DNA of 64,000 bases from positions 17,556-81,555 of IMG/VR virus record IMGVR_UViG_3300025131_000017, one strand, 5' to 3'. The DNA is from a virus. Positions 22,859 through 31,934 of the stretch are shown in pieces. The notes under the pieces were generated by a model. That model was given only the letters and a program-made list of their open reading frames with translations, searched no databases and was not told where the DNA came from. Positions within the stretch are counted from its first letter, which is position 1; each line of letters opens with the position of its first letter. The position numbers and the translations under genes are program-made.

Positions 22859-23803
22859 TTATTCAGCTACTCCCCAGATTACACCTGTAAGTGTTGGGGT
22901 GTTTTGTGCCGCTATCATTGAAATCCTTCCTCTAAAGTCTAGAGGCATTTCAACATTTAGTTCCTGTCCCCCATAAATTGGTATACCATTAGCAGAAGTT
23001 GCAGTCTGGTCAAAGGCTATATATATTATATCGGCAGCTGTTCCAGATTGATTTTTAAATTGGAAACCTTTAATTCTTGTCATAGAAGGTTTCTTTATAG
23101 ATGAAGATGCGTTTGCTGCTCCTGTCCATTCATATAAAGGTCCCTCACCACCTGTTTGGTTACCATCTAAATAAGTTGAAACATCTATAGTATCTTCTCT
23201 AACTTCAAACATTATTTTATCTGCATAGAAATCTATATTGTGTTGTGCAGTTGTTGTTAGATATAATCTATATGTAGTTGCGGCAGTACTTCCGGGAATT
23301 GCGTATGTTGCAGTTAGTCTTCTCCATGAAGCTGCTAGGTCATCTGTACCTGAAGTTCCAAGGTTTGAAGTACCTGCGGCATCTCTTAAAGTTAAAGTTA
23401 CCGCTCCTGAAGCAGAAGCACCTCGATGTTCTAATTGAACTGATATATATTGTGGGTTAACACTAAATGGAATTGTTGGTGATTCCCAATAAAACCCTTC
23501 CCCTGCAGCAGAGTTATCTGGGTTTACTAGTAGTGATGCAGCTCCTTCTGATTGTTGTGCAGTACTTCTAGATACCGCAGACCCAGTTGCTACAAATTCA
23601 GTAATAGTAGTTCCTTCCACACCCGGATTCAAAACCCAGTTAGTTGCTTTCTCTCCACCATTTGCAACTAGAGAATATACATCTTCAGCGGTAGTACTTG
23701 CAGCATTTGAGATTGCCACGTATCTATTAGCTGGATGTACTGATTGTCTGGTAGAACTATCTATATCCCATCCTCTATAATCCGTATGTCTTTCATTAGC
23801 CAT
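22859..23803 (-). CDS. virion protein with carbohydrate-binding-like jelly-roll domain
   Basis: NWVLNPGVE...WRRLTATY...FYADKIMFE..YLDGN pattern. Confidence 0.65.
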   Translation of the reverse strand: MANERHTDYRGWDIDSSTRQSVHPANRYVAISNAASTTAEDVYSLVANGGEKATNWVLNPGVEGTTITEFVATGSAVSRSTAQQSEGAASLLVNPDNSAAGEGFYWESPTIPFSVNPQYISVQLEHRGASASGAVTLTLRDAAGTSNLGTSGTDDLAASWRRLTATYAIPGSTAATTYRLYLTTTAQHNIDFYADKIMFEVREDTIDVSTYLDGNQTGGEGPLYEWTGAANASSSIKKPSMTRIKGFQFKNQSGTAADIIYIAFDQTATSANGIPIYGGQELNVEMPLDFRGRISMIAAQNTPTLTGVIWGVAE

Positions 23804-23828
23804 AATTTATTATACTCCAATTATCTAT

Positions 23829-24080
23829 TTATTTAAAATTTATGATAGCTACAAAGCTACCCAGTACAGCTGAGGTATGTACAACTAATATCCCTATTGC
23901 TAAAAGAATACTTTTCATTCCATACATTTTGTTACGCCATTCAGATATATTATCGACTTTAGTTTCAACCTTCTCTAGGTTTAAGGAAAGTTTTTCGTTA
24001 AGGGCGTTTTGACTGGAAATATAGGAATCTAATCGTTCCATATAAACTGCTAAATTCACTTGTGTGTCCTTGTTGACCAC
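23829..24080 (-). CDS. coiled-coil plus C-terminal TM protein (XhlA/holin-like)
   Basis: heptads then a hydrophobic C-terminus; GTG start. Confidence 0.6.
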   Translation of the reverse strand: MVNKDTQVNLAVYMERLDSYISSQNALNEKLSLNLEKVETKVDNISEWRNKMYGMKSILLAIGILVVHTSAVLGSFVAIINFK

Positions 24081-24116
24081 TAATCAGTCCCCGCAAAATG
24101 TTTGTTTTCTAAATTA

Positions 24117-24140
24117 GTAGGGGGACCGAAGTCCCCCCAC
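24117..24140 (-). terminator. hairpin after major capsid gene
   Basis: GTGGGGGGAC-TTCG-GTCCCCCTAC (UUCG tetraloop). Confidence 0.8.
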
Positions 24141-24157
24141 ATGTATCATCACTAAAC

Positions 24158-25492
24158 TTATGAGTTTAGGTCAGCAATTTTTGCTTGAGTAAAGATGTTC
24201 TTACATCGCATCTCAGCCATAGTGTAGAGTAATCCTCTAACAACTAGTGCATTTGCTGCGAAGTAATCTCTGTTCTCTACATACTGAGTAGGTTGAGCAA
24301 CAGCGATTTCAAGATAATCTGTATCCAAAACATAAACGTTTGAACCTAGAACTGCATCAGCAGAAGAAACAGACTTTGGAACATCTGCATCTGGAAGAAT
24401 TGGAATACCTTGATAGGTAGCCAATACTAGTCCAGTTCTTGTACCGGGGTAAGTTCTTTCAGCTCCTACACCCACTTGGTACTCTTCTTGACCTAGATAC
24501 CTCTGGTTACTGTTAAGCAATCTTTCAAGGTTGAAGTATTGGTCGTGACCCAAAAGGATTAGTTTTGGTTCTCCACCATTCTCTCTTACTTTCTGAATTG
24601 CTGTATCAAGTAATGTCAATGACAATGCTCTACCTGTTCCTGAGTTATAAGAAACAGAAGCACCAGCGTTCCATGCACCAGCTGTTCTTCCAGCCAATGT
24701 TAGGTCATAAGCTCTTGTTCTTGCTACACCACCACCAACAGCAGCACCATCTTCTGAAACGACATCGTCAATAGAAGTCATACCTGCTCTTGAATAAATG
24801 TAAGCAACATCACCATCAGCAAATGCAGTACCTGAAGCAACAGTTACAGCACCTGTAGAGGTGTTTACTGCAGAAATAACTGAACCTGAAGTTCTGTCAT
24901 GTGCAGTTCCTGAAACATCGTATTGAGCTACAGCATCACCAACTTTAAAGTGTTTGGCGTAAGCAGCTGGAACTGTGAACGATGTAGCACCACCAGCAGA
25001 AGCAATGGATGCTGAACCTGCTAATAGTTCTTCGTTAATTTCTTTGATGTGGTCTAATTGAGCATTTTCATTCTCTAGAGCCAAAACATCTCCGACACCA
25101 CCTTCTAGCTGTGCAGTAAAGACTGACTTTACTGAAGCACCGAATGTAGTTGAAACAATTCTAGGTAAACTAGAAACTGTTTGTATGTCGGAAACATCGA
25201 CTGTAGGCAATGAGCCTGTCTCTGTTACCGGTCTAGAACGACCAGAACCTCTATCAGTCCTGACCCTCCAACCAGCAGTATTTCCCCAGACCACCCTTGG
25301 GATAGCATTAAAGAATCTGGTTTGGTTGTTTAGAGCCTGCCAGACTTTTCTGCCGTATGTTGTATTGAATATTCCTGTACTAGAGTCTACAGTAAAATAA
25401 GATTGTTTCTGAAGGTATTCTGGACCGAATACAGACTGATACAAACCTCTCTGCGACTGTGCAAGATATTCCGATAAACTTGGGTTAGCCAT
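24158..25492 (-). CDS. major capsid protein (HK97 fold)
   Basis: follows scaffold, strong RBS, downstream terminator; TYGRKVWQALN, ATYQGIPIL, VYVLDTDYL, LYTMAEMRC. Confidence 0.9.
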   Translation of the reverse strand: MANPSLSEYLAQSQRGLYQSVFGPEYLQKQSYFTVDSSTGIFNTTYGRKVWQALNNQTRFFNAIPRVVWGNTAGWRVRTDRGSGRSRPVTETGSLPTVDVSDIQTVSSLPRIVSTTFGASVKSVFTAQLEGGVGDVLALENENAQLDHIKEINEELLAGSASIASAGGATSFTVPAAYAKHFKVGDAVAQYDVSGTAHDRTSGSVISAVNTSTGAVTVASGTAFADGDVAYIYSRAGMTSIDDVVSEDGAAVGGGVARTRAYDLTLAGRTAGAWNAGASVSYNSGTGRALSLTLLDTAIQKVRENGGEPKLILLGHDQYFNLERLLNSNQRYLGQEEYQVGVGAERTYPGTRTGLVLATYQGIPILPDADVPKSVSSADAVLGSNVYVLDTDYLEIAVAQPTQYVENRDYFAANALVVRGLLYTMAEMRCKNIFTQAKIADLNS

Positions 25493-25531
25493 TTTAAATG
25501 TCTCCTAATTTGTTTGGTTTATATTTATTAA

Positions 25532-26371
25532 TTACCCTAATAGTTCCCTAGGAATACCATCGGTATTTCCAGCTTCTATTTGAGTTTGCATTCTTCTTAA
25601 CTCTGAGTAAGATAGACCTGCGAGTTGTTCTGCTGTGTCAGCACCTGCTGATTTTTGTAATACAGGTGTGTCATCAACTCCTAATCCTTTTGTAAGTTTT
25701 GGAGCTTGCAGACCAGTCTCTTCTCTGAATCCCATCTTTCTTAGTCTGGCTTCAGATTCAGCTGTAACAGCTTTCTGCATGTCAGTCTTAGTAGCAGCTA
25801 ATGCTTTTTCCAAAGCAGCAACTTGCTTTTTCATGGATTTCATCTCATCGGACTCATCGTCTTCATCATCCATTCCTTTCTCTTCTATAGGCTCGTCAGC
25901 AGCTTCGTCTTCTGCATCATCCTGTTTGTAAGCCATTCCACCCTTCTCTTCTTCTTCATCTTCATCGCCATCTTTGTCGATTTCTTCTTCTTCTTCATCC
26001 TCATCCTGCTTTCGCATGGCTTGGATTGTGTTTTGCTGGTCTTCTATTTTTGTAGTCGGTGTGACTCCAGATTCAGAATCGTCAGCATTTTGTGGTGTTC
26101 CACCACTAGCTTTCGCTTTTCGTTCTTTACCATCAACATCAAGTCCAGCTTCTGAGCCTTCTTTCTTAATGTTAGCGATAACTTCGTTTGCGATTGATTT
26201 TACAAGGTCGGCTCTTGCAGCGGCTTGTGCATCAGCTTCATTAGCAGCAACTAGGTCTTGTTCTTCCTTTGCCAATCTTCCATCCATTTTTTGTAGGACT
26301 TCAGCTACAGCGGCTAGAGCAAGGTTAGTTCCTTCCATTTGCTTTTCAATCTTTTCAGATATGTCTGCCAT
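25532..26371 (-). CDS. capsid scaffolding protein
   Basis: acidic coiled-coil protein directly upstream of the MCP; AGGAGG RBS. Confidence 0.8.
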   Translation of the reverse strand: MADISEKIEKQMEGTNLALAAVAEVLQKMDGRLAKEEQDLVAANEADAQAAARADLVKSIANEVIANIKKEGSEAGLDVDGKERKAKASGGTPQNADDSESGVTPTTKIEDQQNTIQAMRKQDEDEEEEEIDKDGDEDEEEEKGGMAYKQDDAEDEAADEPIEEKGMDDEDDESDEMKSMKKQVAALEKALAATKTDMQKAVTAESEARLRKMGFREETGLQAPKLTKGLGVDDTPVLQKSAGADTAEQLAGLSYSELRRMQTQIEAGNTDGIPRELLG

Positions 26372-26546
26372 GGGTTTTTCCCTCCTATATGGTTTTCCAT
26401 TCTTTTGTTTTGTTCCACCAAAAGAGGTTGGTCTAAGCCACCTCCGACCTGTTTCTATAGAACATAATATAACGTTTATATTTAACGTTACTTCATTATA
26501 CTAAATAAATATAATTTTCCTACAGAATTATAATATAATTTCTTAA

Positions 26547-26765
26547 TTAATCCTGTAATGGATTTGTTGGGGTGCCTGTAGAATCTAATTGTAACATATC
26601 GTTACGATAATCATAGAGAGGAACTTGAATAAGTTTCTTGAGTTTATCACATTGATTCCCTTCTGGGAGTGATGCTTCTACTAAATCTAATACTTTCCCC
26701 ACCATCTTTGAATGTTTTGCTATTATATATTCTTGTGTTGGTGTTACTTTCTTTATATCAACCAT
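26547..26765 (-). CDS. hypothetical protein
   Basis: AGGAGG RBS; 72 aa. Confidence 0.8.
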   Translation of the reverse strand: MVDIKKVTPTQEYIIAKHSKMVGKVLDLVEASLPEGNQCDKLKKLIQVPLYDYRNDMLQLDSTGTPTNPLQD

Positions 26766-26775
26766 GTCTTACCTC

Positions 26776-27264
26776 CTAAGCAAGTCCTGTACTTATTGCT
26801 ATTTTTTTAGGCAAGAGCTTTCGTTCATTCTTATCTAGCCTATTATATACTTTTTTGTATGCCCTTTGTATCCATTCATTTTTATTATAAGAACTAGGGT
26901 CATCCACATTTTTTGAGTACCAAGCTTCATTTCTTGTTGGTACTGGTTTCCATCCTTGTTTAAATGTTTTAGTGTGTGCCTTGACTTTTACCTTTCCCTT
27001 TGGAGTATTTCTCCAATGAGAAGGAACATTTTGTACATGGGGCTCTGTTAATGGAGTTAAAAACTTAGGGTTATAGACTGGAGCTGCATAATCTGTATCA
27101 TACTTAATTATAAATCCATCATCCTTTTTTATAAGTGATACTGAATTTCTTAATTTACCACTCGCTACAGGAACAAGATTTTGGGCTTCAATTAACACCT
27201 CTTCTCCTATTTCCCAAAGCCATTCCTTTAAACCTTTTTCTATAGTGTCTTCTGTTTTTCCCAT
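26776..27264 (-). CDS. HK97 gp10-like neck/tail-completion protein
   Basis: AQNLVPVASGKLRNS...YDTDYAAPV motif. Confidence 0.7.
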   Translation of the reverse strand: MGKTEDTIEKGLKEWLWEIGEEVLIEAQNLVPVASGKLRNSVSLIKKDDGFIIKYDTDYAAPVYNPKFLTPLTEPHVQNVPSHWRNTPKGKVKVKAHTKTFKQGWKPVPTRNEAWYSKNVDDPSSYNKNEWIQRAYKKVYNRLDKNERKLLPKKIAISTGLA

Positions 27265-27292
27265 ATATAAAAACCCCCTTGGGTTTATTATA

Positions 27293-28627
27293 CTAACTTA
27301 TTGCGGGTTTTATTAAATCTGCCCAAGTAGATGGGATGGTGTCAACGAATTCTCTTTTAGAATCATCATACTTATTTAAATAAATAATCTCTTTCCCCAC
27401 AAATCCATATCTAGGATGCCAATAAGTAATTATTTGTTTTGGTTTAGATGCTGCATGTAATCTTTGTAAGGCAAACTCATCAGGACCTTTCATACAACCA
27501 CAAATAAATAGTTCACCTGTTCCAATATCAACTTCATCAACTCTATGGAAGTGTCCAATCATCACACTATCAAAATCTACTTCTCCAAGTATATCTGTAG
27601 CATCTTCTAATTCAGCTTGTAAACTCTTTCTATATTGAAGAACTCCTCTTAGTTTAGATATTGCCCCGGTGATTGCCATACTACTTCCTGCACCAGAGAT
27701 AGAATCTCCATGCATAATTAATATGTTTCGATTATAAACTGAGAAAACATTTATAAAACTCTTTGGAATATCGAATTCAATATTGTTTTGGTTCTTACAA
27801 AATGCCGCTAAGAATTGATATAGTAAATAATCCCAATCCATATACTTATCTTTCATAGGTGGCTTTCGAGTCATTCTTCCATGATTACCAACTACACAGG
27901 GAACGGTAATCTTTGTGAAATGTGGTGCTAATAACATTAAGGATTGAGCAATTAAGTTTGCACCCCTAATCATTTGTTCCATACAGTTTGCAATATTAGA
28001 CCTAGCTAACTCTTCATGAATATCACCACTAATCATATCACCTAACATTGGAACTATTAGTTCATTAACAGGTGCAATTTGTCTTCGATACTCAACATGC
28101 TTTAATACTTGGTTTGACCACCCATAAAGTCTTTTATTAAATATTTCAAAACTATAATCATTAAGTCCTTTCATTTGTTCTTTATGGACTTGCTCTCCTA
28201 TATGCGTATCAGTTAATGGGGAAATTACAATTTGTGCTTGATGTCCTTGTGGACTTGATGGATTAACATGTTTAATTGGAACTTTAGGAAGAGATTTAGT
28301 ATGTTCTTTAATTGCATCAACAATAATTTCTTTTTTAGCATTATCTTTAAGAGATGCTTGATAAAGTTTTTTGTAAAAGTCTGCTTCACTTTTATAAGTG
28401 GCTACTTTTTTATCTAGTTTAACTCTTGTCTCTAGATTATCTTGAGGAGGCGAGAGTTCCTCGTTGGGGTCTAGAACCAAGGGTTCTTCTTTGTTGTGCC
28501 ACTTTTGAATTGTGGTTCGATGAATGATTACTCCATGAACCTTTTCTAACCATTTCGCTATAGATGTCCAAGTCGCTCCCAAGGCTCTTCTTCTTTTTAT
28601 CTCTAATTTTACCTTCTCTGGAATCAT
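27293..28627 (-). CDS. calcineurin-like metallophosphoesterase with N-terminal HTH
   Basis: TDTHIG, GDMISG, VGNHGR, MHGD, IGHFH motifs. Confidence 0.85.
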   Translation of the reverse strand: MIPEKVKLEIKRRRALGATWTSIAKWLEKVHGVIIHRTTIQKWHNKEEPLVLDPNEELSPPQDNLETRVKLDKKVATYKSEADFYKKLYQASLKDNAKKEIIVDAIKEHTKSLPKVPIKHVNPSSPQGHQAQIVISPLTDTHIGEQVHKEQMKGLNDYSFEIFNKRLYGWSNQVLKHVEYRRQIAPVNELIVPMLGDMISGDIHEELARSNIANCMEQMIRGANLIAQSLMLLAPHFTKITVPCVVGNHGRMTRKPPMKDKYMDWDYLLYQFLAAFCKNQNNIEFDIPKSFINVFSVYNRNILIMHGDSISGAGSSMAITGAISKLRGVLQYRKSLQAELEDATDILGEVDFDSVMIGHFHRVDEVDIGTGELFICGCMKGPDEFALQRLHAASKPKQIITYWHPRYGFVGKEIIYLNKYDDSKREFVDTIPSTWADLIKPAIS

Positions 28628-28736
28628 ATCTTCTCCTGACTGTTAAAACTATGGTTTTCCCACACATGAAACAATGTAAGTCCTTGTCTTCGTTTATGTT
28701 CATATGCCCAGTACATTTAGGGCATAATGTATTCAT
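28602..28736 (-). CDS. small zinc-ribbon protein (ORF track 28437-28766; most of its 3' part overlaps the phosphoesterase gene)
   Basis: CPKC...CFMCG; boundaries uncertain. Confidence 0.45.
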
Positions 28737-28767
28737 ACTATCATATTTAATAGACATATTCAACAAT

Positions 28768-29499
28768 TTATCCTATTAACTTATTATATAAATCTTTTCC
28801 TATAAATTTTTTAAAGGGTGATTCTTTCTCTTTAGGCAACTCATCCTCATCAATTTCTCCTTGTTCTTTATCTTTATCCCCACCTTGATGTAAGTCATCT
28901 TGTGCGGGACCAGATTCCCAACCAGCTAATTGAATTTCTAATCCTGCTGGTGCTGCTTCGGATGCATCCCCTTGTTCGTCTTTATCATTATGTTTAATAT
29001 CATCTTTATCATCTAATGCTCTGATTTTTTGTTCCATATCTTTTTGTTCAATATCAGCTTGTTCATCAGGGTCGGCATCGAATTCAACAGGGTTTTGCAC
29101 TTGGTCATTCATAGAAGTACTAGATGTTTGTTGTCTAAATTTAACATCATCCTTACGAAGTTCTTTAGTTACCCATTGAAGTAAGTCTACAAAAAACTTG
29201 TTGTTTTTTGCTTTTGCCATTTTTCGTTCAGGTGAATTATCTGTAATGAAATCGGCAAGTCTTCCAATACCACTTTTTCTCTTCTTTTCTGGTTTTCTCT
29301 TATTATCTCCATAAGTTGGGGTAAATATTCCGGAGTTGGATGAGGTAAATACAGTACCCCCACTATCACCAAAAGACCCGCTAGTTCCAGCACCACCCCC
29401 ACCATCTCCTTCTTTACGAAGTTTCTTTTCCTTTTTATAGGTGTCATCTTGCCCTCTAGGGTTAGTTATCCAAGCCTTGTTTAATTTATTCTTCTTCAT
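28768..29499 (-). CDS. hypothetical head-associated protein, low complexity
   Basis: 243-aa ORF overlapping the portal stop. Confidence 0.75.
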   Translation of the reverse strand: MKKNKLNKAWITNPRGQDDTYKKEKKLRKEGDGGGGAGTSGSFGDSGGTVFTSSNSGIFTPTYGDNKRKPEKKRKSGIGRLADFITDNSPERKMAKAKNNKFFVDLLQWVTKELRKDDVKFRQQTSSTSMNDQVQNPVEFDADPDEQADIEQKDMEQKIRALDDKDDIKHNDKDEQGDASEAAPAGLEIQLAGWESGPAQDDLHQGGDKDKEQGEIDEDELPKEKESPFKKFIGKDLYNKLIG

Positions 29500-31435
29500 C
29501 TATATTTAGTTCGGTTGGTTGTTTAGCTTTAGGATTCTTTTGTTGTGTTCTACTAAATCTAGTTGGGTCACCAAAGATTGCCTTTTCTACATTGGTAATT
29601 CCTGTAGGACTTAAATCAGCAACATAATCAACTCCACTTTGCTCAAACCACATTTGGCTCATATCTGGGGTTACTTCTTTAATTAAAGGAGAACTAAATC
29701 CTTTTTCTAAAAGACTTTCAACCCAAGTTTTAGATAAAGTTAATTCATTCTTAGACCTTGCCTCAGCATATTTATCTATATCTCGTTCTTCGTCAGGTGT
29801 TTTATCGTGCCAATCTGGAGTCTTTCCTCCTGTCCTACCTTTAAACTTTCGTTGTGAAGGTGGAATATGTGCATTTTGAATTACGTCTGGTTCACCTAAT
29901 TCTTCAACTCCTAATCCTTCTTCTTCACCCTCTTCTCCTTGAGCCTGTTGTTGTTGCTCCATTTCTTGTTGTTGAGCTGCTTGTTCCATTTGGTCTTTCT
30001 GTTGTTGTATACCCATAGCCATTTGTTCTGCTTGCATTTGTGCAGTTGGTACGGGTTCTCCACTAATCATAAAGTCAGCATCCCAAAGGGGAACATCTTG
30101 TTCTTTTAATTTTACATCAAAACCTAATCCAGCAAACTGATTTGCAATCTGTATTTTTTGTTGTGCAAATGTTAATCTAGTATTCTCTGCCTTTTCTTCA
30201 GGTTGTGGTAATAGTATTTCATAATCGGTTACACCAAAAGCATCCAATAGTTGTGGGAATACTTTCTCATGCATTAATCGTTGGTCACCTTCAACCACAC
30301 GACTCATAACAACTAGTTGTTGAGTTTGAGAAGACATACCCCCAAACGCTTCTGGAGCTCCTTGCCATGCTGGAGTAACACCCCACATTGAGGCAACTCT
30401 TTCTCTAATTTCATCCTTAACAGGAAGATAATCCATTTCATTTAAACTGTGAAATAGTCTTACCATGTCTACTCTACCTCTTTGGTTTCTAGCAGAAACT
30501 GCTACCATAGGTATATAGTTAGGGTCTAATCTTGTTTGTGCGGCAATATGTTCTCTTTCTCTACGTAATGACTCTGGGTCATCTGTGGTTACCATTAACA
30601 TACTGGCGGGCATTTTTCTCTCGTAGAAATATCTATATAGGTTTTTATCCATACCAACCAAAGTTAATGCTTTTTCAAAGATTGTTAAAATTGGTGACCA
30701 TCCATAAGTTTCTGATGGTGAGAATTTACTTAAGTGAATAATTTCTTTATCAGAGAAATACATGTGTTTACTTCTATGATAATACTTATACATCGCAGGG
30801 TGAAGGTCTACATTACAATCATCCTTCACACACTTACCTTGGGTATCTTGGACTATCTCTCTATGAATAGGACAAATGTAATGAGCATTCTTTGGTAATC
30901 CAGCTTGGTCTAAATCAAATTCCACTAGTGCTGGATTTATTCGTCTAATTTCTTGAAGTCTTGAAGATACAGTTCCATCGCCATTATCTTTATATTCTTT
31001 CGCCATATATAAAAACCCATCATCTAATGTGTTCACATCATAATGAAATTGTCGAAGGACTTCTTCTAGAGACTGGTCAAAAACATTACAGTCTTTAATC
31101 CAATTTGTAACTAATTCTTTTTGTTCTTTCTTAGGATTTTCTATTTTAGGAACAATTGTTATACCTCTCCTAAAAACTTCTCCTGTAATATGAGAAACAG
31201 GACCTCTAATTTCCTCGACTGACATTGAGACAGTTTGTAAATCTTGCACCAATTGTTGGCGATAAGCCATTTGATGTCTTACCCATGTATTTACTATTTG
31301 GTCTAAACCAATAGTTTGGGCTTTACCCACATCCCCAGCAGATTTCATTACATCTAGTAGACTTATTTGTTTATTCAAATCAGCCATTTGTTGCTGCATT
31401 TGAGGAACTTGAGGTATATATTCAGATAATTTCAT
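29486..31435 (-). CDS. portal protein
   Basis: DVNTLDDGFLYMAKEY, IIHLSK.S...YGWSPI, EIRERVASMWGVTP; Q-rich C-terminus. Confidence 0.9.
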   Translation of the reverse strand: MKLSEYIPQVPQMQQQMADLNKQISLLDVMKSAGDVGKAQTIGLDQIVNTWVRHQMAYRQQLVQDLQTVSMSVEEIRGPVSHITGEVFRRGITIVPKIENPKKEQKELVTNWIKDCNVFDQSLEEVLRQFHYDVNTLDDGFLYMAKEYKDNGDGTVSSRLQEIRRINPALVEFDLDQAGLPKNAHYICPIHREIVQDTQGKCVKDDCNVDLHPAMYKYYHRSKHMYFSDKEIIHLSKFSPSETYGWSPILTIFEKALTLVGMDKNLYRYFYERKMPASMLMVTTDDPESLRREREHIAAQTRLDPNYIPMVAVSARNQRGRVDMVRLFHSLNEMDYLPVKDEIRERVASMWGVTPAWQGAPEAFGGMSSQTQQLVVMSRVVEGDQRLMHEKVFPQLLDAFGVTDYEILLPQPEEKAENTRLTFAQQKIQIANQFAGLGFDVKLKEQDVPLWDADFMISGEPVPTAQMQAEQMAMGIQQQKDQMEQAAQQQEMEQQQQAQGEEGEEEGLGVEELGEPDVIQNAHIPPSQRKFKGRTGGKTPDWHDKTPDEERDIDKYAEARSKNELTLSKTWVESLLEKGFSSPLIKEVTPDMSQMWFEQSGVDYVADLSPTGITNVEKAIFGDPTRFSRTQQKNPKAKQPTELNIDEEE

Positions 31436-31437
31436 TC

Positions 31438-31878
31438 TTAATCCCTACTTAGTTTAGTCATATCCTGCATGGATACTAACTTTAATATATTATCCATTGC
31501 TTTTTCTTTTAACTCATAATCTTCTGAATGAGTGACATCTCTAGTAATTTCAGATTTTTCTTCTTTTAGTTTTAATATTTTCTCATTCAAGGATTGTATC
31601 TCTTGGTCTTTGTCTAAAATTATTGATTCAAGCTCAGCTTCACCTGTTCCAAAAGAAGCATTTTCTAATACCCCTAAACTACCAGCTGTTTTTATTAAAG
31701 CTATGAATTCTCCTTCTGATAATATTTTGACAGCAGTGCTATCATCAGGGATATCATCATCGGCATTAAGCATTTTTAAATCTTGATGCCAAGTATCTAA
31801 TATTCTCCAAGTACCATTATCGTCTTTGTTTGCTACGTATTGCTGTCCTGAATCAGAAAGCATATTTCCTATTGTCAT
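31438..31878 (-). CDS. hypothetical coiled-coil protein
   Basis: AGGAG RBS; 146 aa. Confidence 0.8.
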   Translation of the reverse strand: MTIGNMLSDSGQQYVANKDDNGTWRILDTWHQDLKMLNADDDIPDDSTAVKILSEGEFIALIKTAGSLGVLENASFGTGEAELESIILDKDQEIQSLNEKILKLKEEKSEITRDVTHSEDYELKEKAMDNILKLVSMQDMTKLSRD

Positions 31879-31934
31879 AAAATGACTCCTTTTCTTCTTC
31901 TATATTTATATTATACTAAACTTTTTATAATTAC

